DNA of 63,362 nt, filler included, from Intoshia linei (taxonomy: Eukaryota; Animalia; Orthonectida), in the NCBI GenBank assembly GCA_001642005.1. It is 9 parts of 9 records of this genome, joined end to end, with 100 filler letters (N's around TTAATTAATTAA, not from the genome) between each part and the next. Parts side by side here need not be neighbours in the genome. Positions count along the whole stretch, not along the records: positions 1 to 26,523 come from LWCA01000468.1; positions 26,624 to 33,944 come from LWCA01001597.1; positions 34,045 to 40,823 come from LWCA01001639.1; 6 more parts are not named here. The stretch is one strand, 5' to 3'. This document shows, piece by piece, positions 23,420-37,700 of this stretch. Positions within the stretch are counted from its first letter, which is position 1. Each line of letters starts with the position of its first letter. The position numbers and the translations under genes were made by a program. The notes under the pieces are model-generated. The model did not search any database and was not told the DNA's origin. It saw nothing but the letters and a program-made list of their open reading frames with translations.

Positions 23420-24157
23420 TAAATCAGTCTTGGAATTTTACACAACACAAATTCTAATTCAAAATTTTGCCGGCGGAGAAATTAAGATAAATTTCAATCT
23501 CAGAAACTTACATCTATCTTCACAACTAAAAACCCCAATTATCATTTTTTTAAAAATCAAACAAGATGTAAAGTTTAAAAAAGGTATATCTTCAGGATCA
23601 AAACCACAAATCACCCTTTTATATAAAAACGAAAAAAGTTGGAATTATTATTGTTTATTACAGTTTTCTCAGGGGTGTTAGTAAAATAAATTTCAACCTC
23701 CCAAACTCACATCTTACGGGTCAAAAAGCCCAATTGTCCTTTTTTTTGAAAATCAAACGAGTTCGAGAATTTAAAAAAATATATACTCTGATACCGGATT
23801 TTAAAATCATAAATATTATCATAAATTTAAAAAATATATCTTCAGCGCCAAAACCTCAAATGATCCTTTTTTTTTAATGAAAATAATCCTATAATTTAAA
23901 AAATTTACAGGTGGTACAGTTGTACTCTGTTAACACACACACACAAAAAATTTCAATCTAAATAAGTGATTACTTAACGGTCAAAAAAGAATTTTAGTAT
24001 TCATATATTTTTTTCCGAAATATTGTATTAAAACCAAAAATATGAAATAATTAACGGTCCGAAAATTAAAATCCGAATTCATTTTTTGTGTAGAATAAAA
24101 ATGTGCCCACGTCAGAGCTAGGTGCTGTTTGTACGTAGTACATAACAGTCAACCTAG
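23420..24157 (+). mobile_element. Helitron-like family copy with 3' end
   Basis: Near-identical to 10900-11123 in part. Ends ctaggtgctgtttgtacgtagtacataacagtcaacCTAG|T. Confidence 0.75.
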
Positions 24158-24399
24158 TAAGTTATAATATATCAAAACAATTTATAAGGTCGTGCCCAAA
24201 AATAGCTGCTCTCGAAATGCTTTAAGATGTGAAACGTTTGATATGAAATTTTTCACGTTTATAGATCATCAATATTTATATATTGTTACAAATTTTCCAG
24301 AATTAAAAACCACGTAGTTCAATCACCACATGACTTTTAAATGCAAATGTTACTATTAAAATTTTTCATATTACAATAATTTACTGTACTTACTAGATA

Positions 24400-25995
24400 G
24401 ACAAATTATTTCTAAAAAATTTAAAGTAGTGTTAGGTAATGTGGTAATTATGATATTACTGTAAACCAATATTTTTCAAATAATGCACCCTTTTTGTGTA
24501 TCCAGCTAAAAATTGAAAACGAGCTATACACCGTTTCACAAAGCTTCAGTTATATCAGATTTTTTTGTTTTTTGATCTGAAATAATTTTTTTTTTAACAT
24601 TATAATGTAACAATTTTAATTATTATATTAAATTATTAAACAAATTATTAAAGTTATTATTGAAAGAATCTTATTGCAATTCACAAAACTACAATTGCAG
24701 ATTGTGACATATTTATACTTTCTACATCCAGGTTATTATTCAAAAGCTCAAATTTAGGGTTAATAAAATCAAAATCAGCAAATCTAGTTCGAAATTCCAC
24801 ATCAATATTCGATCATATATTTATTTTTTATTACATATACAGTATAACCCCTTGTTGTGGCATCTTTTTTGAAAAGTGGCCAAACAAGCAAATTTGCTAA
24901 ATGATCTAATTTAATTAAAGAACAATTTAACTCCATGAATCTTTTCAGTACTTTTATTAACCACCAAATTTAATCTATGAGCAAAACAGGGTATGAAATA
25001 AACATATTTAAATCCTTTATCTTTTAATTTTGCTCTTTATATTATTTTATTTTACTTAACTCCATTTAAATGACCTGACATAACTGCCGCATCATCTTAA
25101 GTCTGACTAATCAATTTATTTCGTATTCCACTATATAAAAAATTAAAGATGATTCTATTACATCAGCTAACCTCAATGCACTTTTATCATTACTGACATC
25201 AAAAAAGCCCATAAATATTTCAATTATTTTAGATTGATGAACATATCTAATTATAATAGATAATTGAGCATACATTGCACAATCTGTTGTTTCATCAGCC
25301 TCAACAGATATAAAAGGGCAACATTCAACTTCGTTATAAATTTCATTATATATGACTTTGTCTATTGAAAATATAATATCATTTTGAATTGTGCTTGAAA
25401 CACCCTTAAAATATGATCCATTTTTAGTTAATAATATCGATTCAAATGAACTATCCATTTTACCAAAGCATTTTAACAGTTCTCTATAATTTCCTTGATG
25501 AATGCTATTTATACCTTCATCGTGACCACGTAATGGCATTTCTTGTTTGCAAAGATATAATACAGCATTGGTTAAATGTTTCCGGTACTATTTTTTTAAC
25601 ATTTACTTTATGTTGTAATTTTTTTAATTTGGCCGTTTCATTAAGAGCAGATTCAATATCTATCTTTCCAAATATTTTAAGAGATTTGTAATTATGTAGA
25701 TAAGATTGTGATTTACTGTGCCACTTACTATCTCCTAAAATATTTCGAAAATTTGATATATCCGCTATCTGACCAAGATTGACTTAATTTTGGTTTAAAA
25801 AGTAAACAAGGCCAGCAGTATACTTCCACATAACCAATCGATTTTTTCGTACCACTTCATTTGAAAATTACAAGTATTCGCTGTAGTTATTAATGGAGGT
25901 GTAGGCCTACCAAATTCAATTATAGATCGCTTTTCAGCAATATTTCGACATCCAAATGGTGTATCTTTCAAACTTTGAATAATATCGTTAATCAT
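24400..25995 (-). pseudogene. decayed hAT transposase (ZMYM1/DUF4371-like)
   Basis: FQMKWYEKIDWLCGS, PLRGHDE...GNYRELL, SSTIQNDII, FISVEADETTDCAMYAQLSIIIRYV. Multiple stops and frameshifts. Confidence 0.85.
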
Positions 25996-26523
25996 TCTAT
26001 GTTAAAATATAATTACACATAAATACACATTAACATACTTTGTAATATATTAAGTGATTTTTATAAATTTCAGTGAGATGGAATGAAAATAAACAATAGT
26101 AAAAATTAACAAATGTACATAACACGCAAGAACGATAATAGAAAATATAAATGTTTGTAAAATCGCTATAATCTATTTTAATTATTCAGTAATTTACTCT
26201 TCATATTTGAATTATGAGTGGAATTGAATATAAATAAGAAACAACATTTATTCGTTGTATTTCATATATAAATTCCAGACAAATAATAATGAGAACTTTT
26301 TATTTATTTACTCGTGCTATTTTGAATTAAAACGAGTAGATAATTTTTTATAGAAATTCATGATAAACTTTATCATAAAGTACAATATAATAATAATCTG
26401 AACTTTTTATTTACTCGTGCTTAACTTAAGCCTTAAGTTAAATTTTATTACCGTCAAGCAATTCTGTATATTACTGGTGTGTAGAAAATTGTCACAAATT
26501 CTATAATTTTTATGAAATATACA

Positions 26524-26623
26524 NNNNNNNNNNNNNNNNNNNNNNNNNNNNNNNNNNNNNNNNNNNNTTAATTAATTAANNNNNNNNNNNNNNNNNNNNN
26601 NNNNNNNNNNNNNNNNNNNNNNN
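26524..26623. other. artificial gap spacer (44N-TTAATTAATTAA-44N); also at 33945, 40824, 44180, 46100, 49861, 58921, 61135
   Basis: Identical 100-bp N-flanked six-frame stop linker occurs eight times. Confidence 0.97.
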
Positions 26624-27340
26624 TCATATGTGATACCACATCAACCAATACCGGAAAAAAATCAGGTGTTATAAAGATTATGACAGATATTATGCTTTAT
26701 TTGATTTACCAACTATGTAGATTACATGTTCTTGATAGAATACTACAAATTTATCTCACATTTATATTTCCGGTTAGCAGCATTGGACCCAATATATTTT
26801 TTAGTTTTGTTGAGATTCTTAAAATTAATTTTTTGCAAGTGTTACCACATTATAAGGGAACAGGAATTGAAATTAAATATTCAAGATGCAGTAAAAACGA
26901 TTAATCAGAGTTATCTGGATTATATGAGGTAGTAAAATATTAGTTAAATACTGAGGTATATCCTATTATTTCAATCAAAAAATTAAGACCTTAGTCTAAA
27001 GCTTGCTGGAATAAAAAAGCTAACTATCTGTTAAAATATTATCTATAATTCTAATAAATCTATAATTGATGCATGCAAATTAGTTGTCGATTACTGGGCG
27101 TCTGCTTGGTATACTTGTGGAAGACAAACTGAAACAATTGAATTATTACGAGGAATACTGGAAGGTAAAACATTGGAATGCTTTAATCTGAATTATATGT
27201 TGCGATCATATCCTATCAATGTGGATGTTACAAATAAAATGTGTGAGAGATCTCTGGGGTATGTAAAAAAATTTGTCGACCGTAATATTGTTGACATTGA
27301 AACAAAATTACTGTTAAATTTTAACAAAGTAAATATTTAA
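26624..27340 (+). pseudogene. Sola2-like DDE transposase remnant
   Basis: ICDTTSTNTGKKSGV...QLCRLHVLDRIL and C-terminal VDVTNKMCERSLGYVKKF resemble the recalled DTTxxNTG...CRHH and VxNDxAER motifs. Interrupted by stops. Confidence 0.55.
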
Positions 27341-28123
27341 AATTTTAAAAACTATTGTTTCCATGATTTATCGTAATTTTTTCAAGATAATAAAGTATTT
27401 TCGTTTTTTTTCCTGATTTTAATTAATTAAAACGAAGAAACTAATAATACAAAAAAAACTACACTCAATTGTTTTGAATCTGCATAACATTTTACATATC
27501 GTCATACAAAAATTATAAAAATTAATCGATTAGAACAAACACAGTTCAATTTTTTAGTTCGGCTTCTAGAGAGTTCATATTACTTTTTTTATTAAAATGT
27601 GTTTAAATCGTTAATAACTGAATTTCAACATGGGACATTCAGACTTTCATATTTAAAATAAATTTATCGTTAATATAAATGTTAGTATGTTTAAATTTGA
27701 CCAATATTACAAAAACCACTTTTTAAGGAAAAAACACCCTGTGAGGTTAAATATTAAAATTTTTATGTGCAAATTTGGCATATGTCTTAGTGGGTCATAC
27801 ATTAATCATGAAAAGTTAATTGATGAACATGAAAANAATATTACAAAAACCACTTTTTAAGGAAAAAACACCCTGTGAGGTTAAATATTAAAATTTTTAT
27901 GTGCAAATTTGGCATATGTCTTAGTGGGTCATACATTAATCATATCCATTTTTAAAAAAAGGAAATGGCGCCAATTAAGAAAAAGGGGGAAAAGCGCGCG
28001 AAAACTTTAAAATTCAAAAAGGGTACACATTTTTATGGGTTTTAAAGTACCCTCTTCAAGGTAGGGGTAAATTTTTTTCGAATCGAAAATTTTGTAAAAT
28101 ATAAACAGCCCTAATATATATTA

Positions 28124-28560
28124 ATAGGTTGACTGTTATGTACTACAAACAAATAGCACCTAGCTCTGCCGAGGGCACATTTATATTTTACATAAAAAAA
28201 TAAATTCACGTTTAAAATCTAAGTTAAAAATCTTACTATTCACTATTATCAATCATTTAAAGAAGTGATTCCCAAACTTGTTTCAAGTGGAACCATCATA
28301 TCACATTACTTTTTACTTTGAAGTGAATTATTCCATTATTTTTTTTGTTAACATTTGCGTAAAAAATTTTAAAAACAATTGTTATCCCATTTATTTAATT
28401 TATTAAACAGAATGTGTGTATAATATTCAAAATAAAGTAATAACAGAAAATCCTAAAAATTGTCATTAATAGCATAAATTCCAAAAAAAATAAAATTATA
28501 AAAATCTATTTTGTCTTTTTCAATGTGATAAACTGCCGGACAATATTATAAAGAACCTCA
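28124..28560 (-). mobile_element. Helitron-like 3' portion
   Basis: taggttgactgttatgtactac...gcacctagctctgccgagggcac is the reverse complement of the family 3' end. The body matches 49366-49805, 32958-33330 and ~20940-21187. Confidence 0.7.
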
Positions 28561-28734
28561 TATATTTTGTCGAAAAAGGACAAATAATACTTATAAATCA
28601 CTAATTTCTCTTATTAATATCTAAATTTGGATTTAAAACATGGTAAGAAACAAAAAATGGGGACAAAAATGCTTTATAACAACAATTTAGAATAAAAAAT
28701 ATATTTAGGACTACGATAAATTGTTAATTTTTAA

Positions 28735-29400
28735 TGTTACAAGAGGAGAAGAGGTAAGCTATTAACGGAATATAAAAAATGTCGTATTGTGTCATATATT
28801 GACCAAGGTTTGAATCAACCAGAAATAGCTCGTTTGATCCGCCAAAGTAGGGCTTGCATTCAAAATTATATAAAAAATCGAATAAGTGATGTATATCTAT
28901 CAAATATTATAAAAAACCTGGATGCCCTAAAAAAATTGAATGAGACAGGTAGAAGGCGATTAATTAGAGCGGCTTCGAATTCCCAAGCATTAGCCAGTAA
29001 TTTCAGATCACAAACAAATCTAAATAATGTCAGTGTAAGAACTATTAGACAAAAATTATTCAGAAGCTCAAATATTGTTATATATTAATTAAAAAAAAGT
29101 CTACATCTAACTCAGCGACACAAAGACAGTCGACTAAATTTTGCTAGATTAAACATGTCTACGACTTAGTCCAGTATCTTATTTTCAGACGAGAAAAGAT
29201 TTAAATTAGATGGCGCGACGGTTTTTCTTACTATTGGCATGATTTAAGAAAAAAACACATTATTTAGAATGTCACGCCAATGTGGTGGCTGTAACATTAT
29301 AATATGGGCAGCTTTTAAAAAAAAATGGGAAGAGCTAAATATGCTTCGTAAATCGAAATATAAATTCCAAATGTTACATTGATTTTTAAAACAATATATA
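28735..29400 (+). pseudogene. Tc3-like transposase remnant
   Basis: GLNQPEIARLIRQSRACIQNYIK, RRRLIRAASNS, VSVRTIRQKL, LTQRHKDSRLNFAR, ILFSDEKRFKLDG, YYWHDLRK, IIIWAAF, with stops and frameshifts. Confidence 0.9.
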
Positions 29401-29429
29401 CTACCAATGATTATGATAAATATAAAAAT

Positions 29430-30223
29430 AATAAATAAATAATAATAATAACAAAGTTGTATTACTTTTAGTAATTCGTTGATGTCGTTTTAGTTTGAAT
29501 TTTAAACAAAATGTTTTGAAAATGAGAATCAAAAATTGCGAAGGAATTAATTATATAGTTTTTTACCCATATTTTTATATTGGAAATGTGTTGACGTTCA
29601 ATGTTTTTTAAATTGTAGGATGAATATTTACAATTTCAACTTATATTTTATTCGAAATATTTGAAAAATATTGGTTAATAATATATTAACAATTATTTTT
29701 CATGGGAATGCGTAGATTGCTGGATTTAAATTTTTTATTTATATCAAATGGAATAATCTCTATCAGAATAATTTTTTTTTTTTTTTTAATTTTCCGACCG
29801 TTACTTATTTCACATTATTTGTTTAATAAAATATATAAATATTAAAATGCTCTTTTGACCGTAAAGTCGTAACTCATTCGGATTAAAATTTTTTGTGTGT
29901 TTTAACAGGATACAACTGTACAACCTGTAAATTTTTTTTAAATTTAAATTTATGATAATATTTATGATTTTAAAATCCGTATCAAAGTATATATCTTTTT
30001 AAATTTTCGAACTGGTTTGATTTCCAAAAAAAAAACAATTGGGCTTTTTGACTTGTCAGATGTGAGTTTGGGAGGTTAAAATTTATTTTGCTAACACTGG
30101 AAAAAACTGTAAATGAAATGTGGACTTTACAAAATTCTAAGACTGGTAGTTATTGAAATAAACGGCAACACACACCCACACAAAAACAAACAAATATTGC
30201 AAATCATATTATATAAGTAAGGA
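29430..30223 (-). mobile_element. Helitron-like family copy (5' portion)
   Basis: Ends attatataagtaaggat (reverse complement of the 5' terminus). Highly similar to 13800-14452. Confidence 0.72.
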
Positions 30224-30599
30224 TTGAATATTGAAATTTTAAGTTTTATTAAGTTGTGTTTATAAAATTTTGATTTTCACTATACAGTTCTGTTCCAACA
30301 ATTTTCGATTTTTTTTAATTTGCTAAGATAATTATAAGATAAACTTTATTCATTTAATGAGCGTTTCCCAGTGTAATACCATTATTATTGATTAAAAATA
30401 GCGTAGTACTTTAAAAAAATACGTAACTATACCGATCTTCACTTAGTGTTAATATATTTTTATAAGTCATGTAGCAATTATTCTCATAGTATGAGTGGTA
30501 CGCACCCCACGTCATAAAATTAATTTTGATAAACCCTTTTATTTTTTTATTACAATGAAAGTGGGACAAAATAAAACTTGACCAAGAAATTTACCAGGG

Positions 30600-33500
30600 T
30601 TGTTGTAGTGAATAGTTTGAATATTTTACACATTTATTTGGAAAACGCTTTTATTTATAATGATATACATTTTTATTTTAACTAATAATTTACCCACCTA
30701 GATAATAATTTAACTTCTGAAAATATGTCGTTTAGCAACTCATAATGATCTATATGGAATATTAAATAGTTGACAATCAAAACCTTTTTTTATAGTAATG
30801 TTGTCTTGTTGATTATTTATGTCTCCACTTGATTTGCTCTTTTTCAATCCACCTAAATTTTTATATATATTTTTATCAGAGGTTTATGATTGTTTCAGAT
30901 TGGCAGGAAACACATTTAAAAATTTTATTATAACTAGGGATACAATTTTAATCTGGATCTGTTGAATACATTTACATCAATACATCTATTGCCAAAAACA
31001 TATAAAGCTGAAAGAAAAAATAACACAATAAAAATGTAATCGTAATTATATTTAAAACTGTAAAATTTAGTTAATAAAAAGGCAGTATTTTTCTAACTTT
31101 TTAAAGAGGGTCCCATTAAATGCCATCATTTATATTTTTTTAATGAAAATTTTGAAATAAATTTTGAAAGATAATAATTATAATGATACCAAAATATATT
31201 TTAAAGTTACTGTTTTAGCGTATTTACATGTATTTTATATAATGTATGCACTTTAGAAATTTAAGACATTTTTATAATTTTAAATTATAGATCGTTAAAA
31301 TAATTAATCAAAATGTAAAAACAATCAGATTCAGCTGCCGCTCCATCTACTACGTAGTAGTGAGATGTTGCTGGCGCAGCAGGCCACTATTCTTGCAGCA
31401 CTGCCTTAAATGATGCATATTTAAAAACATAAAAACCTTTGATGTAGTTGAAACAATTTGGCACTTCCTAAAATTTTTTATTAAATTTATAATTTTCTTA
31501 CATAACGTAAATTAAATGTAACTTTCAGTTTTTTAGCAAAATTTTCCGAAAAATCAATGTAAACTGAAAATAATTCGAAAAGCTGGCTGCGAGTTATTTT
31601 GTGAACTTCACAATAAGACATGGCACGAATATTATAACCCGACAGTCCTTTGTCTTCGTAAATGTATATATTTTCTCCAAATATATCTCCTAAGTAAATA
31701 ATATATAATTTGAAATAATTATTTTGTATTATTCATGTAAAAAAATTATAGAAAATGTTTCTTGTTTTGTTAGTTTTTTCTTAAAATGGGTGTGTGAGCT
31801 ATTTTTCAAATTTATAAAATAAGCATGATAAAACTCAATTCAAAGAACAAAATATCTCATATACCACAATACTATAAATATAAAAAAGATTTCTTCAAAA
31901 CTTACAGCCGAAAAAAATTGCCTTAGATTAAGAAAGCATGTATAATATTTTTTATTATAATTTAAAACAAAGTGTTAAGAATATTCCCATTACATAATTT
32001 TTTCGATTAATAAAAGTTTTTTTTATAAAAATTAGGCTAGGGACCATTCTATAATAACCGCAATATGGATTCTAGACTATTTATGAAGGGTAAACGGCAT
32101 TTTAAGAAGCGGTTACGTACATGATCTTTACATTTTCGCAAATTTCGGAATAAAAAAGATTTTTTGATTATTAAAAAGTATTTTAAAAAATGCATCACTG
32201 CGGATTTAAGTTTAACACGGAGTACCGTGAAAACTGTTTACTGTACAGTAAAAATATTGCATATTATATTAAATAATTACCCTTAGTTAAAAATGCATAT
32301 ACAATATCATTTGAAACAGCTTCAAATGATCCTTTAGTGATGAAACAGAGTTCTTCAATAATTTCTCCTTGATATACAATGACATCACCTGGTGGAACAC
32401 TGTTAGTTTCAAATTTCATGGACAATTCTCTTTTACATCCTTCGCTAATATCTAATAGCGTTAAAACATTATTACATATTGTGATATAGATAATTTTTAT
32501 TAGTATTATTCTCAAATGATTATTATTATTACTGCATCGACAATCATGGTAATTAACCTGTATTAATAGTAAAATCTAAAACCTATTAGCCATATTCGAC
32601 TAATCCAGCAGTCGGTTACATATTAATTAGAATATTATTAATATTTTATCTGGGACTCTAATGTATCCACATCGTCTCTATTTTTTAGCGGTAGTGGCAT
32701 TATTTTTAAAAGCAATTTTTTACTTCAAAAAATGACCATTCCCTTACTGATTAAGTGTTTTTCTTAATTTTGTATTTAAATGGATTTTTTATAAAATTAA
32801 TTTTAATTTACTTAAAGTAAGTAACTTAATAATAAATAATTTGACGATTATAATAATTATTATTATAATATGCTTTTAAATAACTATTCAATTACACAAA
32901 ATTATTATTATAAATTTTTCCGTTGTATATTTATTTATAATTAAATCTTATATGCAACTAGCTAAACTGTCATGTACTTCGTATAAACAGCACCTAGCTC
33001 TGCCGAGGGCGGACTTTATTAATTCGACCAAAAAATAAATTTAATAAGAAAATCTAACTTAAACATAATAATATTAATTATTATCAATTTTTATTCTTTA
33101 GGGGTATTTCCCAAACTTGTTTCACTACGGACTGATCATTTTAAATTTACTTTTAATTTAAAGTTAATTAATTCCACTTAATTTTATTTTGTTAAAATTT
33201 ATGTTAAGAATTTTAAAAACAATTTTTCCATCTTATTTATAAAATTTATGAATGAGGATGAGTGTATAATATTAAAAATAAAATAAAAATAGTACAATCC
33301 TAAAAATTGTCGTCAATAGCAAAATTAAATTGTAAATAAAAAGGTGTTTTCTTTTTTATTTTGATGATATGTTTAGTATCGGCATTCAATGAGTAAAAAA
33401 TATTCTGTATCTGAACGATTTATTTGAGAAATGAAATATTCAGATAATAAGCATTTTTTTGTTNTCTCATTTTTAAAATTTATGAATGAGGATAAGTGTA

Positions 33501-33944
33501 TAATATTAAAAATAAAATAAAAATAGTACAATCCTAAAAATTGTTGTCAATAGCAAAATTAAATTGTAAATAAAAAGGTGTTTTCTTTTTTATTTTGATA
33601 ATATGTTTAGTATCGGCTTTTAATGAGTAAAAAATATTCTGTATCTGAACGATTTATTTGAGAAATGAAATATTCAGATAATAAGCATTTTTTTGTTAGC
33701 CCGAAATTAGACATTATAGGCATTTTTATTTAGACCATTTGATGGGAAAAAGTGTGCTTTTTGCACAACTGAACAGACTATTATATTTTAATTTTTACAT
33801 ACAATAAATTTCTCAAAAAAGCTTAAATGTGGATTGTTAAAATTTATAATCTTGTTTGCAAATTATAAAAAATTAAAATGGAATATTCCAAATGTACACT
33901 GAATACTTACTAGCAAAAACGTTGAAACTATTGAACAAATTTCT
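30600..33944 (-). CDS. ERG-subfamily KCNH potassium channel, C-linker end/CNBHD and tail (5' part lost at gap)
   Basis: Spliced RNLFNSFNVFA|NISEGCKRELSMKFETNSVPPGDVIVYQGE...FITKGSFE...AFLTK|GDIFGE...IRAMSYCEVHKITR...LKVTFNLRY. Matches recalled hERG GCLRALAMKFKTTHAPPGD...VRALTYCDLHKI...ITFNLR (FNL intrinsic ligand). The 3' end is approximate. Confidence 0.88.
32958..33330 (-). mobile_element. Helitron-like 3' portion
   Basis: A|CTAGctaaactgtcatgtacttcgtataaacagcacctagctctgccgagggc. Confidence 0.65.
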
Positions 33945-34044
33945 NNNNNNNNNNNNNNNNNNNNNNNNNNNNNNNNNNNNNNNNNNNNTTAATTAATTAA
34001 NNNNNNNNNNNNNNNNNNNNNNNNNNNNNNNNNNNNNNNNNNNN

Positions 34045-34358
34045 TGTTGGTAAAAAATTCCTTTAAGTTTTTGTTGTTTAACTTGTATAAGGTCTAACCA
34101 GGCAAAAAGTTCTACTATGTCAATGGCAAAATCATTTTTTAATTTGCAATATTTACGGATTGAAGTAGTATCATTCAAAGTTAATGATTTGTGTTTAACA
34201 GACGACCTATGACTCTGCACATCATATAATTTTTCAAATGAGACATCATAATTGCATTTGATACAAATTAAACTGCCGGCCTTCATTTTAAATTCATTTG
34301 GAAATATTCTTAAAATATTATTAATTTTTTCTTGTCTCGACTTTGGAAATTTAGGCAT
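34045..34358 (-). mobile_element. CGGBP1-like hAT transposase N-terminus (zinc finger), truncated by gap
   Basis: MPKFPKS...FPNEFKMKAGSLICIKCNYDV...VQSHRSSVKH (C2H2/BED-like). Confidence 0.7.
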
Positions 34359-34792
34359 TAACTGATTATTAGATTAAAATTTGGTTAAGATTCAGATTTG
34401 TAAAATCTAAAAACAATGCACAATGTGCACTGCTCTGTACAACTTGCACATGTAAATAATTGAATATTTTAAAATCTAACTTTATTAAGTTTTAAAAAAA
34501 TTCTAACATTTGGAAAAAATTTTAACTTTTCTAACCGTATTAACTTAAAATAATAATAACTATAAAATTTTAATTAGCCAATTAATATTGACGATATTGG
34601 TGCCATCATGCTGGAAATGTTAAACTATTTAACATATCAAATTTTAACTTTTCTGACTTTTGCTTGCTTTAGTAATAACATATCCAATAATGATTGATCA
34701 ATGAGCTGAATATAAAAAATTATAAAAAATTAAAAATAATTTATTAAATATTAAAACAAATATTTGGTAATTTTCTACAAAAATGTACATTT

Positions 34793-37700
34793 TTATACAA
34801 TTGGTTTAACTTTAGCAATAATTTTTCCACGCCAAACAGGTAAAATTTCATCATCATTAGTAATTTTTTTAAAAACTGCTCCAATTGAAATATCTGAACT
34901 GTCTTTTTTAAAGTAGAATCTAAATGAAAAATTAATTAAAATTAAAACTAATTTAAAATAAATGTCGTTTATCAAATGCCAGCTAATATTATCTTGAATT
35001 GCGAATTAGCGACTCACGAGATTATTAAAAATGATTAAAATTGAATTTGTAATGTCTTAATCACTTCACTGAACTTGGTCCAAAAAAATTTAAATTTTTT
35101 AAATTCAATTGAAAAACGCCAATTTACACTTTAACATTACAGTAATTTAAACTTACGCGTTATGAACAGGTGAATTTTTGAGTATACCTCCCTCCACCAT
35201 AGATTTTTTAAATTCAAATAAATTTATATAAGATTTTTTATAAATATATTCATATGGTACATCATCGTCAGCATAATAGTAGACAATGATTAGCGAATTA
35301 TTAGAAGATTCTGTTGAAATGAGAGGTTTAGTGCTTCTCTTAAGAAACATGTCTGATCTAAAATAAAATTAAAAATAATTTCCATAAAAAATAAACCTAG
35401 CCGGCCTAATAGACATATTATAAGCTTCATTTTGAAAAAAATGTTGTTTGCATTCCAAATTGCGATAATTAGAATGAGAATTAGGATCGCCAGCAAAACT
35501 AACCCCACTATCAACATGAGCGGTTTCTATAATGTAAGAGTTGTTTGAGCTGGGATTGTAGTTTAAGGTATTGGGAACATCATGAATAGTAGCATTTCTT
35601 TCACGAGAAAAATTGATGGGCGCTTTGTAACTTGTTTGAATATCTGAACAATGACGTTTTCCATTTTTATTATCAAAATTATGCGAAAAATGTCTTTCCA
35701 AAATTAAGCTAGCATCTTCATTGATGGTATTAGAAGAATTTAGTTGCATACGATTAAGAGATGCATTCAAATTTAAAAGTTCTTTTCGACTCTAAAATAA
35801 GAATATAAACATGTTATAATTTTTTTTAAATTTACCTTGTTTACTTGACTTTCTGAGAAATTGTCAAGACTGCTTTCATCAAATCGGTGACGTCGACTTG
35901 ACATGCCACGCGGAAATATCGGTGGAGGTTCATTATCCTGGTCGGAAGAATTTTCTGTAGTATCAATATACTTATTCAATCCTTGAATTAATTTTTCAGC
36001 AAATAAATCAGGATTTTCACTAGCAAGACATGATTTTGTTGTCATTTTACTATAAATACAATATAATGCGTATTAAAATTTTAAATATTTAGTGTCATAT
36101 AAAATGCACAATAAAGTCAGTTCATTGAGAATATTTTATTCAATACAATGATGTAAAACTAAGTTTTTCAAACTAATACAACTTATTAATAGTAAATTAA
36201 TTAAATCCCTTTGTTGTAGGTATAATCATAGACATCTTATTTACGCAATTTGTATACTACAATGCAATTTTTACAAAAGAGCAATAATGCTTTGCTATGT
36301 AAAAAATTGCGCTCGTATTTACACATTTACAATTTAAAATTGTCAAATGTTGTAGTTAATAAAACTAATAAAAAATGAAAGTCCCATCACAAATGATGCA
36401 TTATAAATCAATGTCATTTTATTGACATTTAACCTCCAATTTGTTTTTTTACAGGATCATTAAGCATATATCAAATTTAAAAGTTTCTTTTTTTACTGCC
36501 ATTAAACAAATATTTTCAATAGACCAATAAACTAATTTACATTCCGGAACAAATGTTAATCAATTTAATTATGTGTATTTGAAAATTTTTAACTGAAAAC
36601 TTTCATTCTTATTTTACTTTAAATTGCTATTTTAAACTTTTCAATTTATCAATTCTTTTTATTCAGTTACTCATTCAAATAGGCAATTAACCTTAGCATA
36701 TATATGCAAATTCAATTTAAAGATTATTGATTCACAATTGACGTTGCGTGATATCCGGATAAAAATACATATTATTTATTTCTTGTATTCTTGTAAATAA
36801 TAAGCACTTTTTCTTTTATATAAATAAATCATGATAATAAAATTTATACATATTAAACCATATTATAATCTTTGATAATACCTAAAACAGATATTTGATG
36901 AGATCACAATATTTACGGTATGATTACTAACCATGAAATCTAATCGCAAAATTATTTATAATTTTATATTACTCAAATAGAAATTTTATATTGAATGGGT
37001 AAGACTTTAATTAAAAGTTTGGAAATTATAGATATGGACGTCCATACTCTGGAACGACATAATCATCGATTATGTTCAATTATCATATTGGTTGTTTCAC
37101 GAAATTTTAATGGGTTTCTTTATTCATAATTTTTAATTGAATATTTTTTTAAAAGATTTTGAAGATATTTTTGGGACCAAAATTTTGTTGGGTTTTTAAG
37201 GTATAAACTTTTTTACAGAGCAGAGCCGAACCCATCGAAAATGAAAAACCTTCTAAATGATGGTTAGTATCATATTCATAACCCCTAGCCATCTGCACAA
37301 TGTTCTTGATTTGGGATTTTAAATATGACACACAAAATAGTTATGATATTCAAGAATATAATACTTTAATGCTCAATTTTGGAAACATTTCATCGAGACC
37401 CCAAATAGGTGTCTCTGGTACGGTATTTTGGAAAGACTAAATATAATAGTCAGGGCGGATGAAATAAAAAATAATATTATTTTCAAAAACTATACAGTAT
37501 GTGGAATGAGTATGACCATTAGGGGTGTGACAAAATTTTAAAAATTAAGTGCAGGATCGGAAAAAGTTGAATAATTAATCAAAAATTACAATACTTAAAA
37601 ATTTGCCGAGACTCTTGCGATTTTAAATAGGCTGACCATATTTTTGTCGTACTAAAAGTGGTACTTTTGTTGCTTAGAAACAATATATGTTTTTGATTGG

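Noticed and set aside
27704-27943. Direct duplications flanking single n bases (27836, 33464, 41467, 49549)
   Set aside because: Typical unmerged contig overlaps or haplotype ends from scaffolding; not evidence of tandem duplication.
30430-30515. ATG-initiated exon MTWGAYHSYYENNCYM... as first exon of the homeobox gene
   Set aside because: No phase-consistent link to a homeodomain exon could be made and a gap intervenes; unsupported.
31620-31690. Apparent frameshift in the KCNH CNBHD exon
   Set aside because: Careful re-reading gives an open frame GLSGYNIRAMSYC.
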